From contig JAFGVI010000113.1 of assembly GCA_016938065.1 (NCBI GenBank), forward strand, positions 3,256-67,255: 64,000 nucleotides of DNA. Direction: 5' to 3'. The notes below the pieces were generated by a model, which saw only the letters and a program-made list of their open reading frames with translations, had not been told where the DNA came from and ran no database searches. Below are positions 52,613 to 61,648 of this stretch, piece by piece. Position 1 is the stretch's first letter, and each line of letters opens with the position of its first letter. Origin of the DNA: Deltaproteobacteria bacterium. GTDB lineage: Bacteria; Desulfobacterota; Anaeroferrophillalia; Anaeroferrophillales; Tharpellaceae. Made by a program: the position numbers and the translations under genes.

Positions 52613-55090
52613 ATGGCTAGTGAATTAAAAGTTATTGATTGTGTTGGATATAAATTGACCAACCATCGCGTACATTGCCGACGTGGGGTTATGTGGTTGG
52701 GGCAAACTTGTAATTTGCGTTGTAAATTCTGCTACTTTGCTGACAGAATTGCTAACTCTGACCATCCTGAGCATGCGTTTATGTCGTTGGAAAAGGCAAA
52801 AATGATCTGTAAAACCCTGGTTGAAGAGTACGGCAATAACTCTATAGATATTCAAGGAGGTGAACCAACAATATATCCGGGTATATACGAATTAGTTCGT
52901 TATTGCAGTGAGATTGGATTAAAGCCGACGCTGATCACCAATGCACTGGTTCTCGATAAAATAGAAATTTGTCAAAAATTAAAAGACGCTGGATTGTTTG
53001 ATCTGTTGGTCAGTGTTCATGCCTTGGGTGACTCATATGATGAATTGGTACAGGTTCCAGGTGCCAGTGCTCGGCAGATGAAGGCACTGGACAACTTTAA
53101 GCTAATTGGTATTCCATTTCGTGTTAATACTGTTTTGTCCCATGATGCAGTTACCATGCTGGCAGATATCGCCAGAATCGCCCAGGAGAAAGGGGCCAGA
53201 GCCGTTAACTTTATTGCTTTTAATCCTTTTATTGATCAAGCTGACGGTAAGCGTTCAGCTGAAAATATTCCTCGTTATGCAAAAGTTGCAGAAACATTAC
53301 TACCGATAATCGATTTTTTAGATCAACATCAAATCGAGGTTAATATTCGCTATCTGCCATTCTGTATTTTCCCAGAGAAATACCGTAAATATGTACAGAA
53401 TTTTCAGCAGATTATCTATGACTTGCATGAGTGGGAAAGTGCCTCTGAGGTGTGGTCGGGCGCGGCTCCGCAACGTCACAGCAAGGAACAGCTTTCGTCA
53501 CCTGTTCGTTTTTATGATCGCATAGCTCAAATAAGGGAAACACGCTTCCGGGACAAAGTTGAGCAGAAACAGGGATATCCTTTGGCGGTTGAGCGGCTGC
53601 TTGATCAACTGCAGATGAAGTTCACAGCATCAACCAATAAGCCATTGCGTGTTGCTTTTTTTGGCAATGCAGGCGTAGGCCAACGTCTTTGCGGTATTCT
53701 TAATGAGCATTCTTTCTGGAAAACACGTTGGCAGATGTATGGCTACATCTCATCCAGGCAATATCACCAGTCTGACACTCTTAATGGTGCACCGTGGTAC
53801 TGTGACGATCAACTTGCTCTTGATCCTCCGGATGTTATTATTACCACCACCGACTCTTTTATACCTCAGATTCACACCATTATAGAACAGTATGGCTTGA
53901 GGAATAAAACACTTGATTATTTTGGTAATTATTGTCAGACGGGGCCCTATAAACCGCTTTTTTATCTTGATGAATTGGGCGAGGTTGATGGGTTCTCTGC
54001 TTTGGATTATGCCTATAAGGAGTATCGCATCTGGATGACAAAGACCGTGCATCCTTACACCAAAGGGGAGCGATGTCAACAGTGTTCGTTGTGTGGTATT
54101 TGTGATGGATTTCATCGTGACTATGCGGAAATTTTTGGTTTTGATGAGGCTTCAAGTATTAAATTGCCGGAGAAGATTTATGACCCTCGATTTTACATGG
54201 CGGATCAATTGAAAGTGGTCGAAGAGCAAGAGTATAGCTGGGCTCTTCCGATTGATGCAAAACGCTACACGAAGATGCAAAAAAATTTTTATGACATGCG
54301 CGCCGTGACTGTGAAAAATGCTAAGGAGCTTGTTCATCCAAACTATGACATGGCCAGCTCTCAAGCAATTGCATCCCTTTCGTATGTTTTGCAAGAATTT
54401 GCAGAAAGGACTGCCGTTAATCTGCATGGTAACACTTTCAAAGAAATTCTACAGCAACTGCTTCCGTTAAAAACTGATTTGAAACTGCTCGATTTTGGTT
54501 GTGGAATAGGTCGCCTTATGCAACCTTTGGCGGAAAGTGGTTTTCAGGTTGACGGTGCTGATATTAGTTCAAAAATGCTCTCTTTTGCCAAACAAAATAA
54601 ACAATTGACTTCATCCAGGTTCTTTTTAACTGATGGAGCAGATTGTGGTAATGCTCCGTTAGAATATTACGACATTGTATACTCTCAAATTTGTATGCAG
54701 CATATTGCTTCTCGAGCAATAAGGCGGAAAATATTGGAAAGTATAGCTGGAATTCTAAAGTCTGGAGGAATGTTCAGCATACAATTTCATTATTATCCTA
54801 ACATAATTGCATCAGAAGTTCCTAAGCCACACGTTGCATGGGATGTTAATGATTATGAGGCCAAGGGAACGAATAGTGAGGCTGATGTTTGGATTACCCC
54901 GGACGCTCTTCCCTTAGTTTTAGAAGATTTTCGCGAATTTTTTCGTGATATTAGACTGCAATTTATAGAATTTCCTATTGCTGCAAAATTGTACACAAAA
55001 GCCTACGGAACTTGGTTTGATCATCTGATTATCAGCGGTAGTAAAGGATATAGCCTGGCTGAAAGAGTTTATCATGTTCTAGATCGTTAG
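52613..55090 (+). CDS. radical SAM domain / class I SAM-methyltransferase fusion protein (825 aa)
   Basis: The CxxxCxxC motif is GQTCNLRCKFCYF, followed by GGEPTIYP. A Cys cluster CQQCSLCGICDGF is present. The C-terminal MTase motif I is LLDFGCGIGRLMQPLAESGFQVDGADIS, with LKSGGMF. Confidence 0.75.
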   Translation: MASELKVIDCVGYKLTNHRVHCRRGVMWLGQTCNLRCKFCYFADRIANSDHPEHAFMSLEKAKMICKTLVEEYGNNSIDIQGGEPTIYPGIYELVRYCSEIGLKPTLITNALVLDKIEICQKLKDAGLFDLLVSVHALGDSYDELVQVPGASARQMKALDNFKLIGIPFRVNTVLSHDAVTMLADIARIAQEKGARAVNFIAFNPFIDQADGKRSAENIPRYAKVAETLLPIIDFLDQHQIEVNIRYLPFCIFPEKYRKYVQNFQQIIYDLHEWESASEVWSGAAPQRHSKEQLSSPVRFYDRIAQIRETRFRDKVEQKQGYPLAVERLLDQLQMKFTASTNKPLRVAFFGNAGVGQRLCGILNEHSFWKTRWQMYGYISSRQYHQSDTLNGAPWYCDDQLALDPPDVIITTTDSFIPQIHTIIEQYGLRNKTLDYFGNYCQTGPYKPLFYLDELGEVDGFSALDYAYKEYRIWMTKTVHPYTKGERCQQCSLCGICDGFHRDYAEIFGFDEASSIKLPEKIYDPRFYMADQLKVVEEQEYSWALPIDAKRYTKMQKNFYDMRAVTVKNAKELVHPNYDMASSQAIASLSYVLQEFAERTAVNLHGNTFKEILQQLLPLKTDLKLLDFGCGIGRLMQPLAESGFQVDGADISSKMLSFAKQNKQLTSSRFFLTDGADCGNAPLEYYDIVYSQICMQHIASRAIRRKILESIAGILKSGGMFSIQFHYYPNIIASEVPKPHVAWDVNDYEAKGTNSEADVWITPDALPLVLEDFREFFRDIRLQFIEFPIAAKLYTKAYGTWFDHLIISGSKGYSLAERVYHVLDR

Positions 55091-55260
55091 AAAAGAATCA
55101 GATTCCAATTTGTACCAACGTACTCAAACTGTAGAATTTAATGAAATTTTTTCGCCGGGGGAAACGGCAGAATTTCATGAGTTGTCACTGAAAGCTACCA
55201 GAGCACTGTTCGAAATGAGAATTGAATGTTACTGACTTTAATCAAGAGGTCTGTTAATCA

Positions 55261-56649
55261 ATGAAAAAAGAGTTGTTCATCCATGTTGGTGCTTCAAAAA
55301 CAGGCACAACTGGAATTCAGGAATTTTTATTTTTAAACGAAAAAAAATTAAAGAGAGTTGGATTAACCGTACCGAAAATAGGACGTTTTGATAAGATTGA
55401 AAATGGTATAGTTCATCATCCATTAGCAGGATGGCTTGGAGGTGATATTTTTGTAGATCCCATGCCATTATGGATCAGGGTCTCACAATTACCTTTTTCG
55501 AGAGTGCTGGTAAGTTCGGAGGCTCTTTCTTGGAAAACTTTCAGTGAAGATGCTGAACAGTTTTTTACCGAAATAAAAAAGTTATTTTTTGATTGGGATG
55601 TTAAAATTATTTTTTATATAAGAAGACAGGATCAATGGATTCAGAGTACTTATGTTGAGTTTGTAAAATCTGGTAAGTTATTCAATGGAGAAAAGCTGGA
55701 CAAAGAATTTTGTGATAAGTATTCAAGGTCACTGGCTCAGAGTGTTTTTTTATTTTCAAAAGTTTTTGGTGATGAAAATTTAATTGTGCGGCCTTATGAA
55801 CGCGCACAATTGAAGGGTGGGAGCATATATGAAGATTTTTTCGAAATTTTTAATATCGACATTGACTCTTCATACAAGTTTCCTCGTCCAAACGTAAATA
55901 ATCGATTATCTTCAGGGGCTTTAGAATTTAAAAGGATATTTAATTCAATTTGTAACACTCGTGAAGATACTTTTTGGGTGAGAAAAGCTTTATCGAAATT
56001 TTCGGAAAAATTCTATGAGAATTGCTGTTCTTCTTTCCTTCCTATTAATTTTATAAGTCCCGAAATAGCAAATAGAATTGTTCAGTTAAATGAAGAAGAT
56101 TATGAGAAAATCGCCCGAACATACCTCAATCGTAAGGAAGGAAAACTTTTTTTAGAGAGTTTAAGTGAGAGCGGGGAGGAGCCGAATCTGTCAATAGAAG
56201 ATTTGGCGAAAATAAGTTCATATCTATTTCTTATCATGTACAAAAGTATTGCAGGAATTGAGAAAAGTATTGCAGGGATTGAGAAAAAAATAACTGAACT
56301 TGAGTCGACCATGTTTAACTTAGCAGACATTCTGCCCGATGAGAGAGGGATAAAAATTTGTATTTACGGTTGCGGTAGAACAGGTATGAAGGTTCTGGAG
56401 GCAATTGATAATTGCGCTTTTGTCAAAGTGGAGTGTTTTTTGGATTCTTTTGAGTCAGGTACATTTTTCGGTTTTAAAAAAATAAAAATAGAAGAGTTCG
56501 CGGGGGAAAAAATAGATTATAATTATATTTTAATTGCCTCTTGTTTCCATAAGGAAATAATGTCAATTTTGAAAAAAAATGGCCTTGATGGAAAAGCCTA
56601 CGTTCCCGCTGTAATAGCATCGCTGACTTCTGTTAACCATAGTGTATAA
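55261..56649 (+). CDS. hypothetical protein: P-loop (sulfotransferase-like) N-terminus plus C-terminal Rossmann-like module
   Basis: The gene is very AT-rich. The N-terminus is IHVGASKTGTTGIQEFL. An internal 7-aa duplication KSIAGIE x2 is present. The C-terminus is KICIYGCGRTGMKVLEAI. Confidence 0.45.
   Translation: MKKELFIHVGASKTGTTGIQEFLFLNEKKLKRVGLTVPKIGRFDKIENGIVHHPLAGWLGGDIFVDPMPLWIRVSQLPFSRVLVSSEALSWKTFSEDAEQFFTEIKKLFFDWDVKIIFYIRRQDQWIQSTYVEFVKSGKLFNGEKLDKEFCDKYSRSLAQSVFLFSKVFGDENLIVRPYERAQLKGGSIYEDFFEIFNIDIDSSYKFPRPNVNNRLSSGALEFKRIFNSICNTREDTFWVRKALSKFSEKFYENCCSSFLPINFISPEIANRIVQLNEEDYEKIARTYLNRKEGKLFLESLSESGEEPNLSIEDLAKISSYLFLIMYKSIAGIEKSIAGIEKKITELESTMFNLADILPDERGIKICIYGCGRTGMKVLEAIDNCAFVKVECFLDSFESGTFFGFKKIKIEEFAGEKIDYNYILIASCFHKEIMSILKKNGLDGKAYVPAVIASLTSVNHSV
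56242..56283 (+). repeat. 2 x 21-nt in-frame tandem duplication
   Basis: AAAAGTATTGCAGGAATTGAG is followed by AAAAGTATTGCAGGGATTGAG (1 mismatch). It encodes KSIAGIE-KSIAGIE. Confidence 0.9.
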
Positions 56650-56682
56650 TTTATTAGGGTACTGATAGTAGTTTTCATCAGC

Positions 56683-57303
56683 TTGGTAACTTTTATGACG
56701 GCTATATCTTTAATGTCAGCAGAGTTGATTTCTGCACGTGGTCTTTGGGACCGATTGGCGCCGGCAGGTTCTTTTTCAGCTATAAAGCGCAGCATTATCA
56801 GAGGAGTGTCGTGCTTGTTGCAACCTGCATCAAATGCTGAGTTAAGCTGGGTACTGGAACGTTTGAGAAGGGAATTGCCGGATGGAATTTTTCATGCCAC
56901 ACCGATACTAGTCAAAGAAAACAGAAGCTGGAGAGAAAAGTGGGGAGTAAACGTAGAAATTCCAGAAGCCGGCCTGTTTTTCGTTCGGAATGGGCTGGAA
57001 AGGCTCAAACACGTTTTTGTTGCGGAAAAGAATCATCCACCTAAAATGATCGGGAGCTATATTCCATTAGATATATTGTTAGGGATATATTCTGGTGATG
57101 AAGTTCCGTTGGCTAATGATGAACTTGTCGGTGATCGACTTTACTATGAATCATTAAATCTACTTCAGGATTTGAGTGAAATAGGCCGCAATGCAGACTT
57201 GACTGATCATGTGTTGCTAGAGAGATTGCCAGTATCGGACCGGGTAAAACGACTCTATCGGGTTTCTGATCTTGTTGAAGCAGATATGTTGGCACTGCGT
57301 TGA
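56683..57303 (+). CDS. hypothetical protein
   Basis: 206-aa ORF. The start is uncertain: TTG 56683 or ATG 56695. No motif was recognised, but its position in the co-directional gene string supports coding. Confidence 0.4.
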   Translation: MVTFMTAISLMSAELISARGLWDRLAPAGSFSAIKRSIIRGVSCLLQPASNAELSWVLERLRRELPDGIFHATPILVKENRSWREKWGVNVEIPEAGLFFVRNGLERLKHVFVAEKNHPPKMIGSYIPLDILLGIYSGDEVPLANDELVGDRLYYESLNLLQDLSEIGRNADLTDHVLLERLPVSDRVKRLYRVSDLVEADMLALR

Positions 57304-57314
57304 TTGAGGTGTGA

Positions 57315-59288
57315 ATGCCTATCTATTTTAATCCGGAATTTGCATTTGTTCCTGAACAATTTTCTGAAGAGCAAATAGCATCAATTCTTAATAAATATTT
57401 TGCTGACTATTGCGAAAAATCTCTTTACTTTGGCTTTCAGCCGCTTTCAGAGGACCTGAAAAATCGCTATCATTTTATTGAAGTAGAACAAAATATAGAT
57501 AATTCAACCCGTTTAAGTTTACAATACGGTTATGAGACGACTGACTCAATAATTACTTTAGGGTTGCGTCAGTCGCGCTTTGCAGCTCTATTGTTTTGGG
57601 AAATTTTTCATCTGTTGAAACCGGGGGGACGATGGCTTGATATTGACGTCTCTGAATATTGTCTCGGGACAGCTCTTACTTCGTTGGATTTCCTTGACCG
57701 AAAGTATTATAAATCGGTTCTGGAAAGACGAATTGATTGTAGCTATGCGAAGTTATGTGTTTCTCTGTTTCAGAAGAAAAGTACAGCATTTATTAGTGGT
57801 GATTTGGCAAAATCCGGTTGGTCGTTCGGCATTTTGACAGCGGGCCAGTCTGAAAATGCACAACAGATGGTACGCACTATTCTTGATTTGCCGGGTCCTC
57901 GTCGTGAGGTCATTATATGCGGTCCGAAACAAAATAACCTGCCGGATGATCCTCGTATTATAACAATTGATCTCGAACAACCGGAACCCCGAGGTTGGAT
58001 TACCCGAAAAAAAAACTTGATAGTCGATGCCTCTCGTTACGTCAACTTATGCCTGATGCATGATCGCTTTGTTTTTCCGGCTGATTTTTTTTCTGTCATG
58101 GATAGTTATGGAAGTGATTTTGCCTTTGCTACATTCCCTGAAGCTTACTATCCTCATCGGGATCGTAGTTGCTCTCTACGTTATGCTGATTACCAGGTGT
58201 TACTGCAGCAAGAGCAGTTGCAGGAGTCCATTGATACCAGGATTTTTCAGCAGGACAATGTCTATTATCCGAGTTATGATGATTTTCATGAAACAGCCTT
58301 CTGTTGTGGAGGTATTTATATAGCGAAAAAAAGTCTCTGGAACATGGTTCGACAGGACGAGGCTCTTTTCCATTCAGAGTCCGAAGATTTACTTTTCGGT
58401 TTACAGTCTCAACAATTGGGCATTCCTCATCGCATAATTAAGTGTTGTTTGTTTGAGTCACTTACACCACATCCTATAGCCCTTATGTCCATTCCTGTAT
58501 TGAGTGTTACGGGTGAAAAACGACATGGAGTACCGGTTGTAAGTGCAATCCAACGAAGGCTTGCTTCTCAAAATCCTTGGGGATGTAAACCGATAATTGG
58601 TCATACTAGAGGAAGCTATTATCGAAGGGTGGCAGAACATCTAAATACCATTCCTCAATTACCGGAAGATTGTCACCTTGATGAAGAAGATTATGACTCA
58701 TGTAGAAAGCTAAGTGATTTTTGGCAAATTGTTTATCAGCGGCTTAAGAATATACCGGTGAGTTGTCGTGATGACATTGCCAGGATATATTATTTTTTTT
58801 GTCTTTCTGTTTTCAGTTGGCCGAATGGAGTAGTGCAAACCTGGGTTCGCAATACTGAACTGAATTTAAGTCGTTGTTCGATTATGACGGACGACAAAAA
58901 ATTGATCGGGTGGGGTACCGGTGGGCTCTATAGATCCCTGGCTAAAAATAATCCGGTAAAATTGGCCTATTTGATTGATAGCAACCCCGGCATTTGGGGC
59001 TTGCAGCTAGATAGTCTGCAAATCAGGGCTCCAGAATCTTTGTTATGCGAAGATCCGGACAAAACAATTGTAATTGTCTACTCCAGTTTTATTGAAGAAA
59101 TAAGTCAGCAAATCGAACAGCTTGGTCCTTTTAATTACTGTAATGCTACAAGTTTTTTTGCTGGAAATGAGTATTTTCCTATTCTTAATCATATAGAATA
59201 CTATCGTCAGATAGAAAATAATTATCCTATGATTTTTATAGATTCTGTACCGGAACATACCGCATCTGATCCAGAAGTGACAACATAG
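57315..59288 (+). CDS. 657-aa multidomain hypothetical protein (possible GT-A-like middle domain; C-terminal Rossmann-like module)
   Basis: The N-terminus has a methyltransferase-like LLKPGGRWLDIDV. The middle part is WSFGILTAGQS...VIICGP...GWITRKKNL...HDRF. The C-terminal KKLIGWGTGGLYRSL...IVYSSFIEEISQQIEQLG is homologous to the N-terminus of ORF 62411. Confidence 0.45.
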   Translation: MPIYFNPEFAFVPEQFSEEQIASILNKYFADYCEKSLYFGFQPLSEDLKNRYHFIEVEQNIDNSTRLSLQYGYETTDSIITLGLRQSRFAALLFWEIFHLLKPGGRWLDIDVSEYCLGTALTSLDFLDRKYYKSVLERRIDCSYAKLCVSLFQKKSTAFISGDLAKSGWSFGILTAGQSENAQQMVRTILDLPGPRREVIICGPKQNNLPDDPRIITIDLEQPEPRGWITRKKNLIVDASRYVNLCLMHDRFVFPADFFSVMDSYGSDFAFATFPEAYYPHRDRSCSLRYADYQVLLQQEQLQESIDTRIFQQDNVYYPSYDDFHETAFCCGGIYIAKKSLWNMVRQDEALFHSESEDLLFGLQSQQLGIPHRIIKCCLFESLTPHPIALMSIPVLSVTGEKRHGVPVVSAIQRRLASQNPWGCKPIIGHTRGSYYRRVAEHLNTIPQLPEDCHLDEEDYDSCRKLSDFWQIVYQRLKNIPVSCRDDIARIYYFFCLSVFSWPNGVVQTWVRNTELNLSRCSIMTDDKKLIGWGTGGLYRSLAKNNPVKLAYLIDSNPGIWGLQLDSLQIRAPESLLCEDPDKTIVIVYSSFIEEISQQIEQLGPFNYCNATSFFAGNEYFPILNHIEYYRQIENNYPMIFIDSVPEHTASDPEVTT

Positions 59289-59307
59289 GTAAAAATTAAT
59301 ATTTACA

Positions 59308-59937
59308 ATGAAGATTCTCAGTCATCGTGGCTTCTGGTTGAAACCGGAAGAAAAAAACTGCGAAGCCGCCTTTATTCGTTCTTTCCAGGCTGGCTTTGGT
59401 CTAGAGACTGATCTGCGCGACCATAATGGTGATCTGGTTATTTCCCATGATCCTCCCCGGGGAGTGTGCATGAGATTTGATGAATTTGCTCAAATATATA
59501 AAGAGCATGCATTTGAAGCCTGTTTGGCACTGAATATCAAGGCGGACGGCTTGCAGTCTCTGCTTAAGTCGGCATTGAAGCGATATGCGATCGATAACTA
59601 TTTTGTTTTTGATATGTCGGCTCCTGATACTTTGGTCTGCCTGGATGCAGCGTTGAAGGTGTTTACCCGGCAGAGTGAAATAGAGCCGGAGCCGATCTGT
59701 TATGATCAGGCTTGTGGTGTCTGGATAGACTGTTTTTATCGTGAGTGGATAACCCTTGGGGAGATTAGGAAATCCCTTGATAAAGGTAAGGAAATCTGTC
59801 TAGTTTCACCGGAACTGCATCGGCGTCCACATGAACAATTCTGGGATTTTTTAAAAAAAAACGGATTGCATCTGGATTCTAATATTATGATTTGCACAGA
59901 TTTTCCTCAAACAGCAAAGGACTTTTTCGATGACTAA
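59308..59937 (+). CDS. glycerophosphodiester phosphodiesterase (GDPD)-family protein
   Basis: MKILSHRGFW...EKNCEAAFIRSFQAGFGLETDLRDHNGDLVISHDP matches the GDPD N-terminal catalytic pattern (HRG...E.D....D...V.HD). Confidence 0.6.
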   Translation: MKILSHRGFWLKPEEKNCEAAFIRSFQAGFGLETDLRDHNGDLVISHDPPRGVCMRFDEFAQIYKEHAFEACLALNIKADGLQSLLKSALKRYAIDNYFVFDMSAPDTLVCLDAALKVFTRQSEIEPEPICYDQACGVWIDCFYREWITLGEIRKSLDKGKEICLVSPELHRRPHEQFWDFLKKNGLHLDSNIMICTDFPQTAKDFFDD

Positions 59938-60565
59938 GATCAAAGCGGTGATTTTCGATATGGATGGTGTGCTGATTGATGCCAAAGATTGGCATTATGA
60001 AGCACTTAATCGAGCCTTATCACTTTTTGGTTATGAAATCAGTCGTTATGAGCACTTGGTTACCTATGATGGTTTGCCGACCTCGCGTAAATTAGAGATG
60101 CTTTCGCTGGAGAGGGGTTTACCGCGGGCTCTGCATCGTTTTTTGAATGAGCTCAAACAGGTTTACACTATGGAAATTGTTCACGCCAAATGTAAACCGA
60201 CTTTTCTTCATGAATTTGCACTTTCTAGATTGAAAGCTGATGGTTACAAATTAGCGGTTGCTTCAAATGCAGTTCGTAACAGTGTTGTTACAATGATGGA
60301 CAAGGCTAACTTAACTAACTATCTGGAGATCATGCTCAGCAACCAGGATGTTGGTAAATCTAAGCCAGACCCGGAAATTTATACTACTGCAATCGCCAGA
60401 CTGGGTATGACTCCGCGTGAATGTCTGGTGATTGAGGATAATGAAAATGGTATAGCTGCCGCCAGGGCTGCAGGGGCTCATTTGATGGTGGTCCAGACAA
60501 CTCATGATGTCAGTTATCAGAGGATTATGGAGAATATTCAGCGTTGCGAAGGGGAAATAGCATGA
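59930..60565 (+). CDS. HAD-superfamily hydrolase (beta-phosphoglucomutase-like subfamily IA)
   Basis: The four HAD motifs are present: I FDMDGVLID, II VASNA, III KSKPDPEIY and IV VIEDNENGIAAARAAG. Confidence 0.8.
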   Translation: MTKIKAVIFDMDGVLIDAKDWHYEALNRALSLFGYEISRYEHLVTYDGLPTSRKLEMLSLERGLPRALHRFLNELKQVYTMEIVHAKCKPTFLHEFALSRLKADGYKLAVASNAVRNSVVTMMDKANLTNYLEIMLSNQDVGKSKPDPEIYTTAIARLGMTPRECLVIEDNENGIAAARAAGAHLMVVQTTHDVSYQRIMENIQRCEGEIA

Positions 60566-61320
60566 ATATTTTGGTACTAATGGCCGGCAGTAGTGCTAAA
60601 TTTAGGGAAGCCGGTTATATATATCCTAAAAATTTGATTGAACTCAACGGTACACCTTTGGTTGAGCTCTTTATTAATGAATTGAAATCGCTTCAAACTG
60701 ACGGAAACAATTTTATCTTCACTTTGAACGGAGATGAAGATGATCGTTACTATACTGGTGCTATTATTCAACTCTTGTTGCCGGGAGCCCAAATTGTCAA
60801 GCTTTCGTCTGCAACAGCCGGTGCCGCTTGTACGGCATTGCTCGCCGTGGAACAGATTAATAACGAAGAACCTCTGGTGATTATCAACGGCGATATTTTT
60901 GGAGATCTTCAGATTAAGGAGGCAATTGCTGGTTTTCAGAGAAAGCATCTTGATGGTGGTTTGATAGTTTTTGAAGGAGTACATCCTCGTTGGTCCTATG
61001 TTCGTTGTGACGGCATTAGTGGTTTGGTGGTGGAAGCCGCAGAAAAACGGCCAATCAGTAAACTCGCGACTATTGGTGTCTATTATTTCGCCCATGGGCG
61101 GGATTTTGTTACATCGGCAATGAATATGATTGTCAAAGATGCTAATGTCGATGGCAAATATTATGTCTGTCCCAGTTACAATGAGATGATTCTGGCGCAG
61201 AAAAAAATCGGCACCCATCAGATTCCCCGCAAACTATATTTTTCTTTAGCCACACCTCAGGGTGTGACTAGCTACGAAGAATATCTGAAATCCCGGTTAG
61301 TAGCAATCGGAGATCATTGA
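60562..61320 (+). CDS. nucleotidyltransferase-fold protein (paralogue 1; degenerate Gly-rich loop)
   Basis: ATG 60562 overlaps the upstream stop as ATGA. The N-terminus is MNILVLMAGSSAKFREAGYIYPKNLIELNG. The protein is clearly paralogous to ORF 61649 (GAACT.LLA, WS[YF]VR, AT[IV]G[VI]Y, YV.P.YNEM). Confidence 0.6.
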   Translation: MNILVLMAGSSAKFREAGYIYPKNLIELNGTPLVELFINELKSLQTDGNNFIFTLNGDEDDRYYTGAIIQLLLPGAQIVKLSSATAGAACTALLAVEQINNEEPLVIINGDIFGDLQIKEAIAGFQRKHLDGGLIVFEGVHPRWSYVRCDGISGLVVEAAEKRPISKLATIGVYYFAHGRDFVTSAMNMIVKDANVDGKYYVCPSYNEMILAQKKIGTHQIPRKLYFSLATPQGVTSYEEYLKSRLVAIGDH

Positions 61321-61646
61321 TGAAAAAGGATAGATTGGAAAATATGGTCAGAGGGTGGCTGGTCGGAAATTTCGTTCCAGCAGTATATAAGACCACTGAT
61401 CTTGAATTTGCTGTTCAACATTTTTCTGAAGGCAGCTACGAAGAGCAACATCATCATAAAATAGCCACTGAGATCACTGTGATCGTCAGTGGAAAGGCAG
61501 AAATGAATGGTGTCACCTATATGGCTGGTGATATCATTGTGGTTGAACCGAATGAAGCGACCGATTTTCGAGCGATCACTGAGACTACTACGGCGGTGCT
61601 GAAAATCCCTGGTGCCTTGAACGACAAATATTTCGGGAGTAAGTAA
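61320..61646 (+). CDS. small cupin-domain protein
   Basis: ATG 61320 overlaps the upstream TGA. EEQHHHKIATEITVIVSGKAEMNGVTYMAGDIIVVEP is a typical cupin motif pair. Confidence 0.6.
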   Translation: MKKDRLENMVRGWLVGNFVPAVYKTTDLEFAVQHFSEGSYEEQHHHKIATEITVIVSGKAEMNGVTYMAGDIIVVEPNEATDFRAITETTTAVLKIPGALNDKYFGSK

Positions 61647-61648
61647 AA

